Both the position numbers and the translations under genes were made by a program. From contig CM120641.1 of NCBI GenBank assembly GCA_051362555.1, forward strand, positions 29,952,401 to 30,016,400: DNA of 64,000 nt. The letters are read 5' to 3'. Under the pieces are notes generated by a model, which saw nothing but the letters and a program-made list of their open reading frames with translations, had not been told where the DNA came from and searched no databases. The DNA comes from Lingula anatina. Taxonomy: Eukaryota > Animalia > Brachiopoda. This document shows positions 50,236 through 61,217 of the stretch, in pieces (the first letter of the stretch is position 1; every line of letters begins with the position of its first letter).

Positions 50236-50746
50236 GTATAGTGTATAACCATGGTGTGTACATAGGGTCTTATTTTCAAGTTAAAGTGGTATTTTCAACC
50301 TTGAAGATGATACCCCTCTCCCTTTCACTACTACCACAGTGTTAATCCACTTCATGAAATGGATCCAAGAATTTTAATTCCTTGAATTCTCTTCAGATAT
50401 GCACCAAAAATTGGAGGTCTGTATTGGGTTGGAGAGAGGGACACTTTACATGACATATTTATTAACAAAACTAATGAGTATAAATAGGGGTTTGCTGTTG
50501 TGTTCATTTATATCACAGGCTAGACTGGTCTTATTTCAACCAGAAGCAAATTGCATGTATCTATGGGAGTGCTTCTTCTGTGTCATCCCACAGACAAAGT
50601 GACAAAGGGGGTGGGATACATATTATATCAGGAGAAAGTAGCCTGATCAAACTGTATCTGCCCCCCCCCCACACCACCGTACCCGACCCCACCCCTCTCT
50701 TCCTCCAGTAACACTGTTTACAAGAAAAGCACTTACTTTTAATCTT

Positions 50747-50752
50747 TGTGTG

Positions 50753-50785
<33 letters not shown>

Positions 50786-50792
50786 CTGTGTG
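50747..50792. repeat. (TG)n microsatellite
   Basis: Direct reading. Confidence 0.95.
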
Positions 50793-53643
50793 TTTAACTG
50801 GAGTTATTATTTATCAAGGAGTCTATTTACAAAGGAAATGAATAATAGTCTCCAACACTAAGTTGGTAAGACAATGCCTTACAAAAAATGCTTTCTCATG
50901 GCCAAGACAATCGAGTAATGTATTTCAGCATTAGGTGCCACTTATCTTGTCATGACTTTTAAGCTGATTTTATCACCAATAAATAAAAGAAATATATATT
51001 AATATGAATCACAGGTAGTCCTTTATGCTTCATGAAAAATATGATATTTATTAATTTATTTATCATTACTATTATTTTTTTAAACAATTAGGCAGAATAT
51101 GTTATTTGAAGTGTTCAATGGGACATTCAACTTATCTGATGTTTCTGCACATGTACCACACCCTTTACCATGTAGTTCAATATTGATTGTGCTATTCAAG
51201 AACAACTTGATTAATTTTTTTTTCTCTTTGTTTTCATTAAGAAGAAAACATTTCGTCTTTTTAATTAAAAAAAATATATTAGAGAAATGCACATTAAAAG
51301 TTCTCACTTTTTTTTTTGCTCCTGTAAAACAAATTTAAGTGAATAAGATTTGCGGTGTTTTGAAATCATAATGGACATGTATGGTGATAAACGTAGAATT
51401 AATTTTTCAGACTTTTTCACAATTTTTTTTTGTCTTTTTTGGCTGTTAGTAGTATTTTTGTAAACCAACACAACTGATTGAGTAAGCACTTGGGGCCTTT
51501 AATATGTATTGAATACCCCTCATTTTAAATTGGTACAAAATAATTTTATGTTATGTAGACCCACTTTATACATCAAGGATTTTACAGCCAGCAGATTAGA
51601 CTTAATTATTGCAAATGTGCTATTCAAGTCTATACGGTATACGTACATATTAAAGATTTTACAGCCCACAGATAACACTTGTTGAGTGAGCCAGCCTATG
51701 CTGTGTAAAAGGTTGCTGCACTGATTCAATCAACCTGTTTCTGCACACCAGAGGCAATTGGAGAAGCTCTTTTTTGTGGCAATTTATAGCACACTACTGC
51801 AGTGATGTCAGATTCACTGGCATTTTCCAGAATGTGGTTTGCATCTTGCAAGGGGACTTGCATGAACGTAGGTCAACAGTAAAACAACATCTGCAATCAT
51901 TGGACCTGGTGCACTAGTCTAAAGTGGTCGGCAAATGTTCAAAAATTCTTCACTCAAACAACGTGCTCCTTGTTTAACCATTTGAACAAAGCAGCAGTAG
52001 GCCATGATTAAATTGGGTTGATTTAATTTGGGGGGAAATTACGGGTAGTTTGATTGACTATCACTTTCCATGTGATATAAACAGAGACTTCTAAACTGAT
52101 TCATACAATGACTGGGGATTCAGCAAGATGTTGTTGTTTGTTGTTGTTTTAAAGGGGATCAATATGGTTAAATGGCCTAGATAGATCAAAATAACACCTC
52201 CACCCCCCACTCATGTCAATTATGTAAATTACTTATGTAGATATAAGTGCAATAAAATTAAACACCATTAGAGCAAAAATTCTCCTTTTCAATGTTTTGT
52301 TGTTTAATTCTCCACCCCACGTTTCTGCTTTTTAGCTCCACCCCTGTTTATAGTCAATTCAACTGCTTTGTAAATCAACGTAAGATAGTGATTGGTTTGC
52401 ATTGTAACTTTGGACCTAAGTAAGGTATTATCATGAAAATTGGCATCATTGAAGACAAGAAGGTGTTTATGACCTACAATCTGGTGCCCGCATTTGCTTT
52501 TTTAATTTTTTGTTTATGAGATATGAGCCCCTGATTATAATGTTCCATCAACCATTGTTTTTCCTTAGGTCTTCAGCTATGCACATTAAGTGTGCTGTGT
52601 CTGAATGTATTTCATTATTAGTATAACATTAGCTAAGAACATGATCGGTGGTCTTTATATGGCCTTGGTAGTTGAAGGCATGTAAATTGCCCAATCGCCA
52701 TGTGCCTGTTGCTTTAATGTGAAAAGAATAAAAAGGCACAATCCCTTCCGCCTGCTCACAATTTACCCATTTATTCCAACATTGAGATCGTGTGTGGATA
52801 ATAATTTGAAGAACCTTCATAACTGCCAGGAGTGTTTTTAGGTTGGACGGTACTCAAACTTGGCTTCCAAAATATTATTCTAAAGCATTCAGGGCACGTT
52901 ACATGCATGCTTGTATCAACAAAAAACATGATGGAAACTTAAAAGATACAGATGTTCAGAAAGCAAAAAAGATCAAAGGGATTAAGTGAACAGTGATAAC
53001 AAGGAACACCCCATGTACAATTATTGTTCAGACTGCAACCTATTCCTCAAAGTGGTTGCTCTAGCGATACATTTTAGCAATACAGTCTGTAGTGGCTCAC
53101 TTTGTCCTCCATGTAATTAAGCTACAGGATTGTTCTTCCTTTCACACATCCTCCACAAGCATGCTCCCTGCAGTAAACCAGGTTAATTAGTTAGCTGTGG
53201 TGATAGGAGTCTACGTTAAGGTGACTTTTACTTAATATCCAGGTTATCTTTTAAAGTGTACCAGTACAGATTGTATGCTAAAGGATAATGCTTGATGTGA
53301 AAAGGGCCTAAGGCTAGATTGTTGACACATTATTAGTAAATGAAAATATTTTCATAACTAATCATATACAAAGATTTATTCTAATCACAAAAAGTCCCAT
53401 AGCCATTCATTAACATTTCTCATTCTGTGTGATAAACTGACTAATTTTAGAACTTAAGTGAAAGGTAATGAAGCCAGAGGTGCATTTAGACTAACTTTTG
53501 AACTTCCATTAATTTGCTCACCTAAGTGGTAGCAGGCCTAATGTACAAAAACAAGATTACGTAGTCTGAAAATTACAGTGATGCAATGTGTTAATCATAG
53601 TTGATAATTAAGCAGCCCAGGGACATCCATAAGTACCCACATA

Positions 53644-53645
<2 letters not shown>

Positions 53646-53692
<47 letters not shown>

Positions 53693-53701
53693 GGGGGGGG
53701 G
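53646..53701. repeat. T46-G10 homopolymer junction
   Basis: Direct reading; a similar T-run/G-run junction is at ~49866-49890. Confidence 0.9.
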
Positions 53702-55559
53702 AGTAAGGTAATACCACCTTTATACTATTGTTCTTCTGTCTGCCTTAGGTTTAATTATTTTTAATATAGTCTTAAAATGACTGTTCATCTTACAATATAA
53801 AGTCTTTGTTATTTTTGCTCTCTTTCCCACCCAAGAGTGAAATAGGCTATTAAAGTCCATTGTGTATTTAACCATGATGAAACTGTTTCTTCAAAATGTA
53901 CAACCTGTATATGGGTGTCCTTTTGCCATAGCAAGAATCACTTGGTAAACTTTCTTTTTAATGAAGTTATCAATGAAACCTCCCGTAGTCTCGTGAAAAA
54001 CAGGATATTTTCAGTTTGTGGGTGTTTACATCTACCAGAGTGGTTCAAATACCCTTTGTAATTGCTATTTTGGCTGAGAGGAGATTCTGAATGACCCAAG
54101 TTTGCTTAAGTTTTGTTTTCTCACCTTGGTATATAGAAAGCAACCAAAACATACTGTTTGTGTAAATAGTCCTGTTTGGATTAGAGCAGGTAATATTGTT
54201 TGTGGACAATATAGGGGATTGTTCTCTTTTTCCATTTAAACTCTCATGCCTCCTTATATTCCATGTTAGCCAAGTCTCGACAGTGGTTTGCTCTCTGTTT
54301 TAACAGGAGAGTGGTTTCATTGAATCAACATTCGCCTTTCTGATCCCCATCTAGATTGGATCAAGGCTAGCCTTTTAAAATGTTGACAAATCGGTTTACT
54401 GCAGCTATGTCCCTGCACAGGGCTGAAGAAATGGTTAGGATTACTTATTCACAATGGGCTCATCCAGCATGGAAGAGATGGGTCAAAGGATAGAAAAGGC
54501 TGCACTATTCAGTATGCCAAGCCTCTTTCCTAAATTAGCATTTGAGTCTGCACTTTTGTATAATGAGCATGTTTGTCATCGTCTGACAATTGTTGTTGAG
54601 TGATGGCGCTGTTCCTGCTTCATTCTGGAAAAAAGTTCTATCCAGATCTTTTAGAAAAAAAAAATTGTTGTGACCGAATCTAGTCACGCAATGCTGCACC
54701 TAAAAAGTCCTTTCAGCCATCCATCTATCTAACAGAGTCCCTTAAACAGATTTAAGTGTACATCTCAAAACTACAGCTGTAACCATAATGCACAAAAGGT
54801 TGATGTATTTATGTATTAGAATAATTTTTTTCTCTGTCTTTTCAGGTTGTATTCTCCTAAACCGTGTTTGACACTTTTAGACAGCTGAGGGGCACAGTAC
54901 ATCTCACCCTGAAACTCCAAAGGCAAAAAAAAAGCTGCTATTATTAAGTAATGGACTTCGAAGCTGTACTTTAGTCAAAGAAAATAAATTAACTCACCAA
55001 CTGAGTTATAACTTCCTGCCTAATTGTGCTTTTCTGAAGCAAATATGTGTTTGTTGCTTTGAAACTTTTCTGCTGATTTTGCAAAGGCAGTTAATAGTAG
55101 TTAATAAGGCTGGTTATTTTCAACTTTTTTGGCTATGACCTGTTACTTTTGTGCATCCTCATTTTATATGTACTTTCATCATTTTATAGATGGGCTTTAT
55201 TTATATATATTCTTATCACCATTGTCCACCCTATAACTGCCACTTCAGGGCTATTCACACTGGCGATTTCGACCTCGGTTTAGGCCCAATCACTGCAGCT
55301 ATGTCCCTGCACATTGAAATATCTCATTGAAATATTTCTTGACCCAAGTAAATTAAATATTTTGTACAGCATAACAATTGTCACTTCTTGAACTCCCCCT
55401 ATGTTGTTCATATTACTTTCTAATGAGAACAATAGTGCTCATGCTTAACAGGAAGTACAGCTGATCATGATGAAAAGCTATCGCTGCCCATTTCTGTGAA
55501 AGCAAAGAAAGTGGGTTTATTTTATTGCACCGTGGTTTACTTGCTAGTGTGAATGTCCC

Positions 55560-56410
55560 TTGTATTTATCTTTTACTTCAAATTTCCTGAGTGACTTTCT
55601 TTGGTAAGAATGGAAGTTCCTTTTGAAAATCAGCATGATCATATTATTTTTACAATAGTAATTAAATTTTTGGTCACATGGATTTTGGCAAAGCTCACCC
55701 TATAAGTAACAAACTTTTCTTTTGTTCTTCTTCAAGTTTGCTGAGTGGGTTTGTTTAGTGAGTATACATTCTTTTTGAAAATCAGCATGATCAGATATCT
55801 TTAGACAGGTTATGTGTTATGTTGTTGTGCATGTATTTTGGTTATGCTCACCCCATCAGTGACAAACTGTACTTTTGTTTTACTGAAATTTGTTGAGCAG
55901 TTTGTTGTGTAAAAAAGCTTTAGTTAAAAAATTCAAATATATTGGTTAATTGCCACACAATACTGCACATTTCGTGATGTTTTGCAATCCTGTTGTCCAG
56001 TGTTTTCTTTTAAAAACAGTTAATTGAGCTTTGTAAACATTTTAAAATTGTATCAGAATTATTGATTTTTTAAGTAACTGGGAGTGACTTTTTCCAATTT
56101 TTTGACTTCTATGAATAATGTGGTTGCAGCATTTCTATATTAGTCAATATTTCAAATAAAGAGCTTAACTTGTGCACATGGTACAAATTGAGGACTTGCA
56201 TAAACTAGCAAGTTCAGTACAAAAAAGCTGTCGTGTTTTGAAAAGCAGGTATACACTTTTTAGGAAGTTGCTCACTGTTATCACTGAAAAGTTGATTTTT
56301 TAATTGCTATGCTCACTGAAATATTTTAGTTTATGTTAAAATGGAGCAATGGGGATAACCTTTTTTCTGTTAAGGGTCTGTATATCTGAACTGCTTTGCT
56401 GTCTACTTCT
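55560..56410 (+). mobile_element. HINE-like 3' part with ~152-bp tandem units
   Basis: TTTTGAAAATCAGCATGATC at 55621 and 55773; 3' GTCTGTATATCTGAACTGCTTTGCTGTCTACTT. Confidence 0.6.
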
Positions 56411-56783
56411 ATTTGAATACTCGTAGATTGGATACAAATATGCATTGTTTCAAAAGTCATGCTTCAAGTTTGCCCCATAATTACGAATTATACCAAATAA
56501 TTTCACCTTATAAATGGTTAAGATTTCTTAGAAATATATATTGACTTTCTGTTGCATCAAGCAGTAAAGTAAAACTGGTAAAGATGATTTGCTGTGATTG
56601 TTATTCATCTGAGAAATACAAACTTAAAGATTGTTCAGGTAAGATCAAATAAAAGGTTGCATTTACTTAATTCTCTAAATTGCGCTCTTGGCTATTACAT
56701 CTAGGTAAGGCAGAGCGCACGGGATGGCTACTCATTCTGGATTTAATTATAAGTTCTACAGGGGAGCAATAAAGTATACAAAG

Positions 56784-58284
56784 GGGACTTTCCACCAATT
56801 TTGGTGTCCAAAATAACAACCGAGTGGTGCTATCAGTATTTTCATCGAAACCATCACGCCTCCCCCGTTACTGAATGACAACTTGCATACTACAATACGA
56901 CGTGGTCACGAAACTAGCTGCTTTCGATGTCCGACGGTAAGCGCCTGTAATAAGGTGGTAGGCCTACCGTTTCACAAGGAATGACAACCTAAGAAACCCA
57001 GAAAGTATCGGTTTTTTTTGCACCTACCAACTTTCTCTGTCACAGTATTAGACCAGTATCGTCGGCTTCCCGATTAGGCCTATCGATAAAAAACTCATGA
57101 TTTCTCATAAATGTCCCCCGTACTTGGCATTTTAATCTGATGATAATAAATCTGTTTGCCCTTTTTCTCTTTTAGTAGGCCTACACACTTGACCGTGATA
57201 TAAGCACTATCCCTCTTTATTTGCGTTCACCACGATTATTTTTATTAATACGTGGGAAAGGCTTCTGTATTCATGAACGATTAAATGGTTATTTTTGCGA
57301 TTTTGGTCAGTGTTTTTCACCTTTTTGGGCTTTTCTGATCACAACCGCAAAAAATCCGCTGTATGAAACGCTGATTTATTTCACGTAAACTTAATGGTAT
57401 ATGTACAGTGAAAATCTGTTCAGAAACTCGTACTAGTTCCCTTTTTTATGTTCCCCTTTTCAAAATTGCACTGAGAAATCGTCCTAATGAAAATTGTGTC
57501 CAACATTGCTACCTGTGCACACGGCCTGTTTATACAAGTCACATTGTCACCGTGATCTTTAACTCAGTTTATAATATGGTGTTTTTCGTGACGTCACAAG
57601 GTTAAGAGGGCTGTTTTGTTTGCCCTCACCAATCGTAATCTAGGAGAGAGATATCAAAATGCTGATAAATTGGTGAAGTTTGAATTGACTTAGCAGACTG
57701 TGGAGTTATTTTCTTTAGTGTGAATGGTATGGAGGCCGCAATACCGGATCAAATTGAACTAGTTTTGCCTGCAAAGAAAAGAAGGCTTTGAAGGCTCAGT
57801 AACACACGCTTCAGTGCATTTGAAAAAGCGTGGGACAATAAAAGCCCACCCTCTACCCTATTCAGGGTTATTCTGGCTTAAAGCTAGAAGTGACGTTAAG
57901 AAAATGTATGGGAATTTAATTACGGTTTTAAATGGACGGAATTTTAGAAAAGCAATCGGGATGATAAGTAATGACGTTGTTTCGAACTATCTTTCATGTG
58001 TTACCAGAAAAAAAGTTTCAATTTTCTTGAATTTTAAGAATTACTGAACTATTTCATAACATTGTATCAAGAAGTTATACATTGTAAGAGGGATCAACCT
58101 TGTAAACATCTCCCACGGCAGTCTGCACCCATATACAGACCATTTGACCTACATAGAAATCCAGCCAGAAAAGGTGTTAAAAGAGCGAGATTTAGATAGG
58201 TAGAAATACACACAAGCACAGATCGATACGAGTGCCCAACTAGAATGAATAACATTGCCAACTCCCTAAATCTGTGTTGACTCA
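56784..58284. promoter_or_regulatory. Candidate 3' enhancer region with inducible-TF consensus sites
   Basis: GGGACTTTCC (NF-kB) 56784-56793, TGACGTCA (CRE) 57589-57596, TGACGT ~57891 and ~57972, TGACTCA (AP-1) 58278-58284, all in CpG-retaining DNA. Motifs only; no functional evidence. Confidence 0.4.
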
Positions 58285-58709
58285 ACTACCTTTATTTTGC
58301 GAGCTCAGTGAGGTTGATTTTAATCTGAACAAAGCACTGCGCTCCACTACAAATATTCAAATGGAAAGACGATTCACTTCCGTCCTAGCGTGCTGTTTGA
58401 ATGACTTTCAAGGATTTAAATGACCCAAAAGGAGCGGTTGGGGGGCTCATGTGTTGGCATTTAGATGAGCTAGGAGATTAATTGTCGTTTACCAGTCCCG
58501 CCATCAATCTAAAAAAGTAGGTCGACGTATTTTTTCTTCACCCATGCGTGCCCAAGCTTTGGCAGTTAACCCTCTCAGCATCGTTAATAAGGGTCCCCAA
58601 TTCCCGACAGAACAATACCGTAAAAGTTAACCCCCCTACCCCGACCCATATGACTGTGGTTACAACAAAGTGTCACAAAATTAGTTTGAAATAATGCAAG
58701 AAAAGCATT

Positions 58710-58715
58710 TTTATT
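58710..58715 (-). terminator. Probable polyadenylation signal AATAAA of the ZFP36L gene
   Basis: AATAAA on minus strand ~865 nt past the stop, distal to all AREs, followed by a U/GU-rich tract (TTTTGTG...TTTGTTGT). A proximal AATAAA also exists at 59497-59492. Confidence 0.55.
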
Positions 58716-58913
58716 TTTTTTATGACTTTTCGATGATTCAGTCTTAAATACAAATGATAAATGTATAGGGAGAAGAGAGACCACATTACACATACTTGCA
58801 CAAAAGAAAATTTATGAACTCTATAAACACTCCCTCAAATGTCTTTGGTGATTGAAATGATAATTTAAATGAAAATGTATAAACAATATACGACAATTAT
58901 CTATCTTGACCAG

Positions 58914-59341
58914 ATAAATAACAATTTTGCTTTTCTTCTCAATATAAATTTAAGAAATGCACCGTCATGTAATAAATAAAAAAGTTTGATAAGTTAAATA
59001 TATAGACACTGATATTCTGAGTGCACCTGAATCTGGGATGACAGCTCAGGTATTTGTGCTGTTGATAAACTAACTTGAGCCAAGTTACATGTTGAGTAGA
59101 GACTACACAGAGCTGCACTGCAATGCATGTTATATACTGATGATATTGACAAACATGAAAAAAATCACCAGAGTTGTGGACTCCTGGAGTTCAACTCTAG
59201 CCTGTCAAAATGAAGCTAACCACTTTGTGGCATTTATGAAAACGTACATGTTGACCACACCGTCAACACCTTGATAAGATTTCAATACCTGATAATAAAT
59301 AATTGGTGGGAATGACATATTACACTTCATTACATAAATAA
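58914..59341 (-). promoter_or_regulatory. AU-rich elements in the ZFP36L 3' UTR
   Basis: UUAUUUAUU nonamers at 59302-59294 and 58979-58971; UUAUUUAU at 59341-59334 and 58921-58914. Confidence 0.75.
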
Positions 59342-59578
59342 GACCAACTGAAGACTCTACCTTAAAATTAAGTACAGTGAACAGTTTACAAATAAAAAAA
59401 TTGCATATCTGTTACATTGAAGAAAGTCACTCGGTTTTACTTCAAGCATTCACTGGTAAGTTCACTTAAAACAAAGGTCCTTCACCTTGTTTTTATTGCA
59501 TAAAGTTTGCATAGTTGCCTCAATTTCCTCCAAATTTTCATACAACGATGATGATAGTAATAACACAGTTCAGTTTCT

Positions 59579-60619
59579 TTAGAGCTCTGGATCATCACTC
59601 AAAGACAGGCGACTGAATATAGGAAGACGAAGACCACGACTTACATCCAATGGGGACCCGCAGGTTTGCTCTTCCCCAACAAGAGAGTCCGGGGGTGAGG
59701 GTGGTGGTGCACCAAAAGCCTCTTCCACGAACACGGAATCATTGTTGTTGTGCTGGTTACTGAGGGCTGCAGCTAGAGCATGGGGATTGAATGTATAAGA
59801 AGCTGGATTGGCAGGGGAGGGGGGAAGCTCTTGGGAACCAAAGTTGAAGTTAAACTTTGAGGCAGTAATATTATTGCAGAATGGGGTTTCTGGAAGGCTG
59901 CTGATATCATCACCAAAGAAGATGGGACTGAGGCTGGGACTGTCTGACACACTGGACGGCGGAGAATCAGCTGTTGAACCCAACGACATGGTCACATTGA
60001 AACTCAATGCCCTGGGTCTCATGGGTTGAAACGCTGCCTGTTGTTGCTGCTGTTGCAACTGATTCTGCAAGTTTTGAAGTTGCTGGTGCTGCATGTGCTG
60101 CTGCTTCCCGTTGTTGATTTGATTCATTTTTCTCTCATCGTCGTTGTGTATGAAATGGCACCTGGGTCCGTAAGGACAAAATCCAATGGTGTGGAATGTA
60201 CGACACAGTTCAGTTTTGTACTTGGGATGGCGATTCAATGTACGCAGTTCGTGAGCACCGTGAGCAAATTGGCACTTATCTCCGTATTTACAATGACCGC
60301 TCTCTTCATAGGGCCGGCACAATTCCGTCTTGTAACGACTCGAGTTGATATTCTGCTGCTGATGATTACCATTCCGTTGATTGTTTTGGTTGTTATTGCT
60401 GCGGTCCCCTGGTTCGCTAACACTGCGATCCAGCGACTTCTTGGTCAGTTCCCGGCCGAAGAGAGACGATTCATTTTGAAAGGAGATCATGCTGGACGTT
60501 GGCGAGTTTGGTGGGCTCCCCGGCGTGATGCCACTTGTTGATGTGCTGGAATGTCGGCGTGGAATAGGGGTCCCTACTGCTTTGCGATCCATACCTTTAC
60601 TTAGGCTATTTTTGCGATT
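59579..60619 (-). CDS. ZFP36L1: ZFP36L1/TIS11-like tandem CCCH zinc-finger mRNA-decay factor, coding exon 2
   Basis: Acceptor TGTGTCTTTTTTAG|AAT at 60619 is in frame with ORF 59579..60592 and adds NRKNSLSKG. Protein has [12 protein letters not shown] and DRSVSE motifs, RYKTELC-x8-C-x5-C-x3-H and KYKTELC-x8-C-x5-C-x3-H fingers with an 18-aa spacer, and C-terminal [12 protein letters not shown] (CNOT1-binding motif). Probably co-orthologous to ZFP36/L1/L2. Confidence 0.97.
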   Translation of the reverse strand, partial: NRKNSLSKGMDRKAVGTPIPRRHSSTSTSGITPGSPPNSPTSSMISFQNESSLFGRELTKKSLDRSVSEPGDRSNNNQNNQRNGNHQQQNINSSRYKTELCRPYEESGHCKYGDKCQFAHGAHELRTLNRHPKYKTELCRTFHTIGFCPYGPRCHFIHNDDERKMNQINNGKQQHMQHQQLQNLQNQLQQQQQQAAFQPMRPRALSFNVTMSLGSTADSPPSSVSDSPSLSPIFFGDDISSLPETPFCNNITASKFNFNFGSQELPPSPANPASYTFNPHALAAALSNQHNNNDSVFVEEAFGAPPPSPPDSLVGEEQTCGSPLDVSRGLRLPIFSRLSLSDDPEL

Positions 60620-60969
60620 CTAAAAAAGACACAAAATACATCGGTATGAGTACAAATCTTACAAAAATCACGCCACAGTACGTGATACATTCAATGCGAT
60701 ATATGCCGCATAATATCAACAAGGCTGTGCAGTTGAGAAAAACATGAATACACGAGTTTCATAAATATACAGCTTAAAATTCTGCCTCTCAAGTCATATA
60801 CAAATATATGAACACTACTTAAAGCCCCGGTGTTTTGATCTTGAAGGTGACTGTCATGACCTACTGGTGGTATTTCAAAACAACGCCGGTTGCCGGTCGG
60901 TAATTTCGCAAGATTAGACACAAATCCCTATATTTTAAATAGCAAAACTAAGATCAAACTTGCTCTTAC
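60620..60969 (-). other. GT-AG intron of the ZFP36L gene (350 nt, phase 0)
   Basis: GTAAGA donor and polypyrimidine-AG acceptor; splicing gives a continuous 364-aa ORF. Confidence 0.92.
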
Positions 60970-61023
60970 CTGATATATAATGTCTCCAACATCATAAAAA
61001 GCTGACACTAATGCCGTAGACAT
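60970..61023 (-). CDS. ZFP36L1: ZFP36L1/TIS11-like protein, coding exon 1 (MSTALVSAFYDVGDIIYQ)
   Basis: Minus-strand ATG at 61023, 18 codons ending CAG|GTAAGA (strong donor, phase 0). Peptide resembles the vertebrate ZFP36L1 N-terminus (MTTTLVSATIFDLSEVLCK, from memory) and the intron lies at the equivalent position. Confidence 0.93.
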
Positions 61024-61118
61024 AACGAATTCCAAATACTACTCTTTTCACTATCGCGTGAGACAAACTGGTCTTCCTTCTGTACTCCAAACTCTGCTGC
61101 ACCTCTGCTAAGGCGTTG

Positions 61119-61217
61119 ATTATAAATTTGGAAGCATGGTCTAGAGGCGGGGCCACCTGTTATCCGTGTTATCTAGACGCGCTATGATTGGCTGACGTAT
61201 TTGACAAGTGTTCGTCA
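61119..61217 (-). promoter_or_regulatory. Proximal promoter of the ZFP36L gene
   Basis: TTTATAA at ~61126-61120 (minus), GC box GAGGCGGGGC 61144-61153, CCAAT (ATTGG on +) 61187-61191, CRE-like TGACGTA 61193-61199, half-CRE CGTCA 61213-61217, all 100-190 bp upstream of the ATG. Confidence 0.75.

Noticed and set aside
49862-50345. Poly-Lys and poly-Phe ORFs
   Set aside because: Translation of a T51 homopolymer.
53378-53413. ILITKSPIA resembles RAD51B ILIAKSPLA (human sequence from memory)
   Set aside because: No adjacent splice acceptor, in-frame stop three codons later, and found post hoc; likely chance unless tblastn gives a significant hit.
60026-60541. 171-aa + strand ORF (also 59808..60029 + and 60235..60423 -)
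   Set aside because: Antisense or alternate-frame shadows of the ZFP36L exon; Leu/Val runs mirror the Gln/Asn codons.
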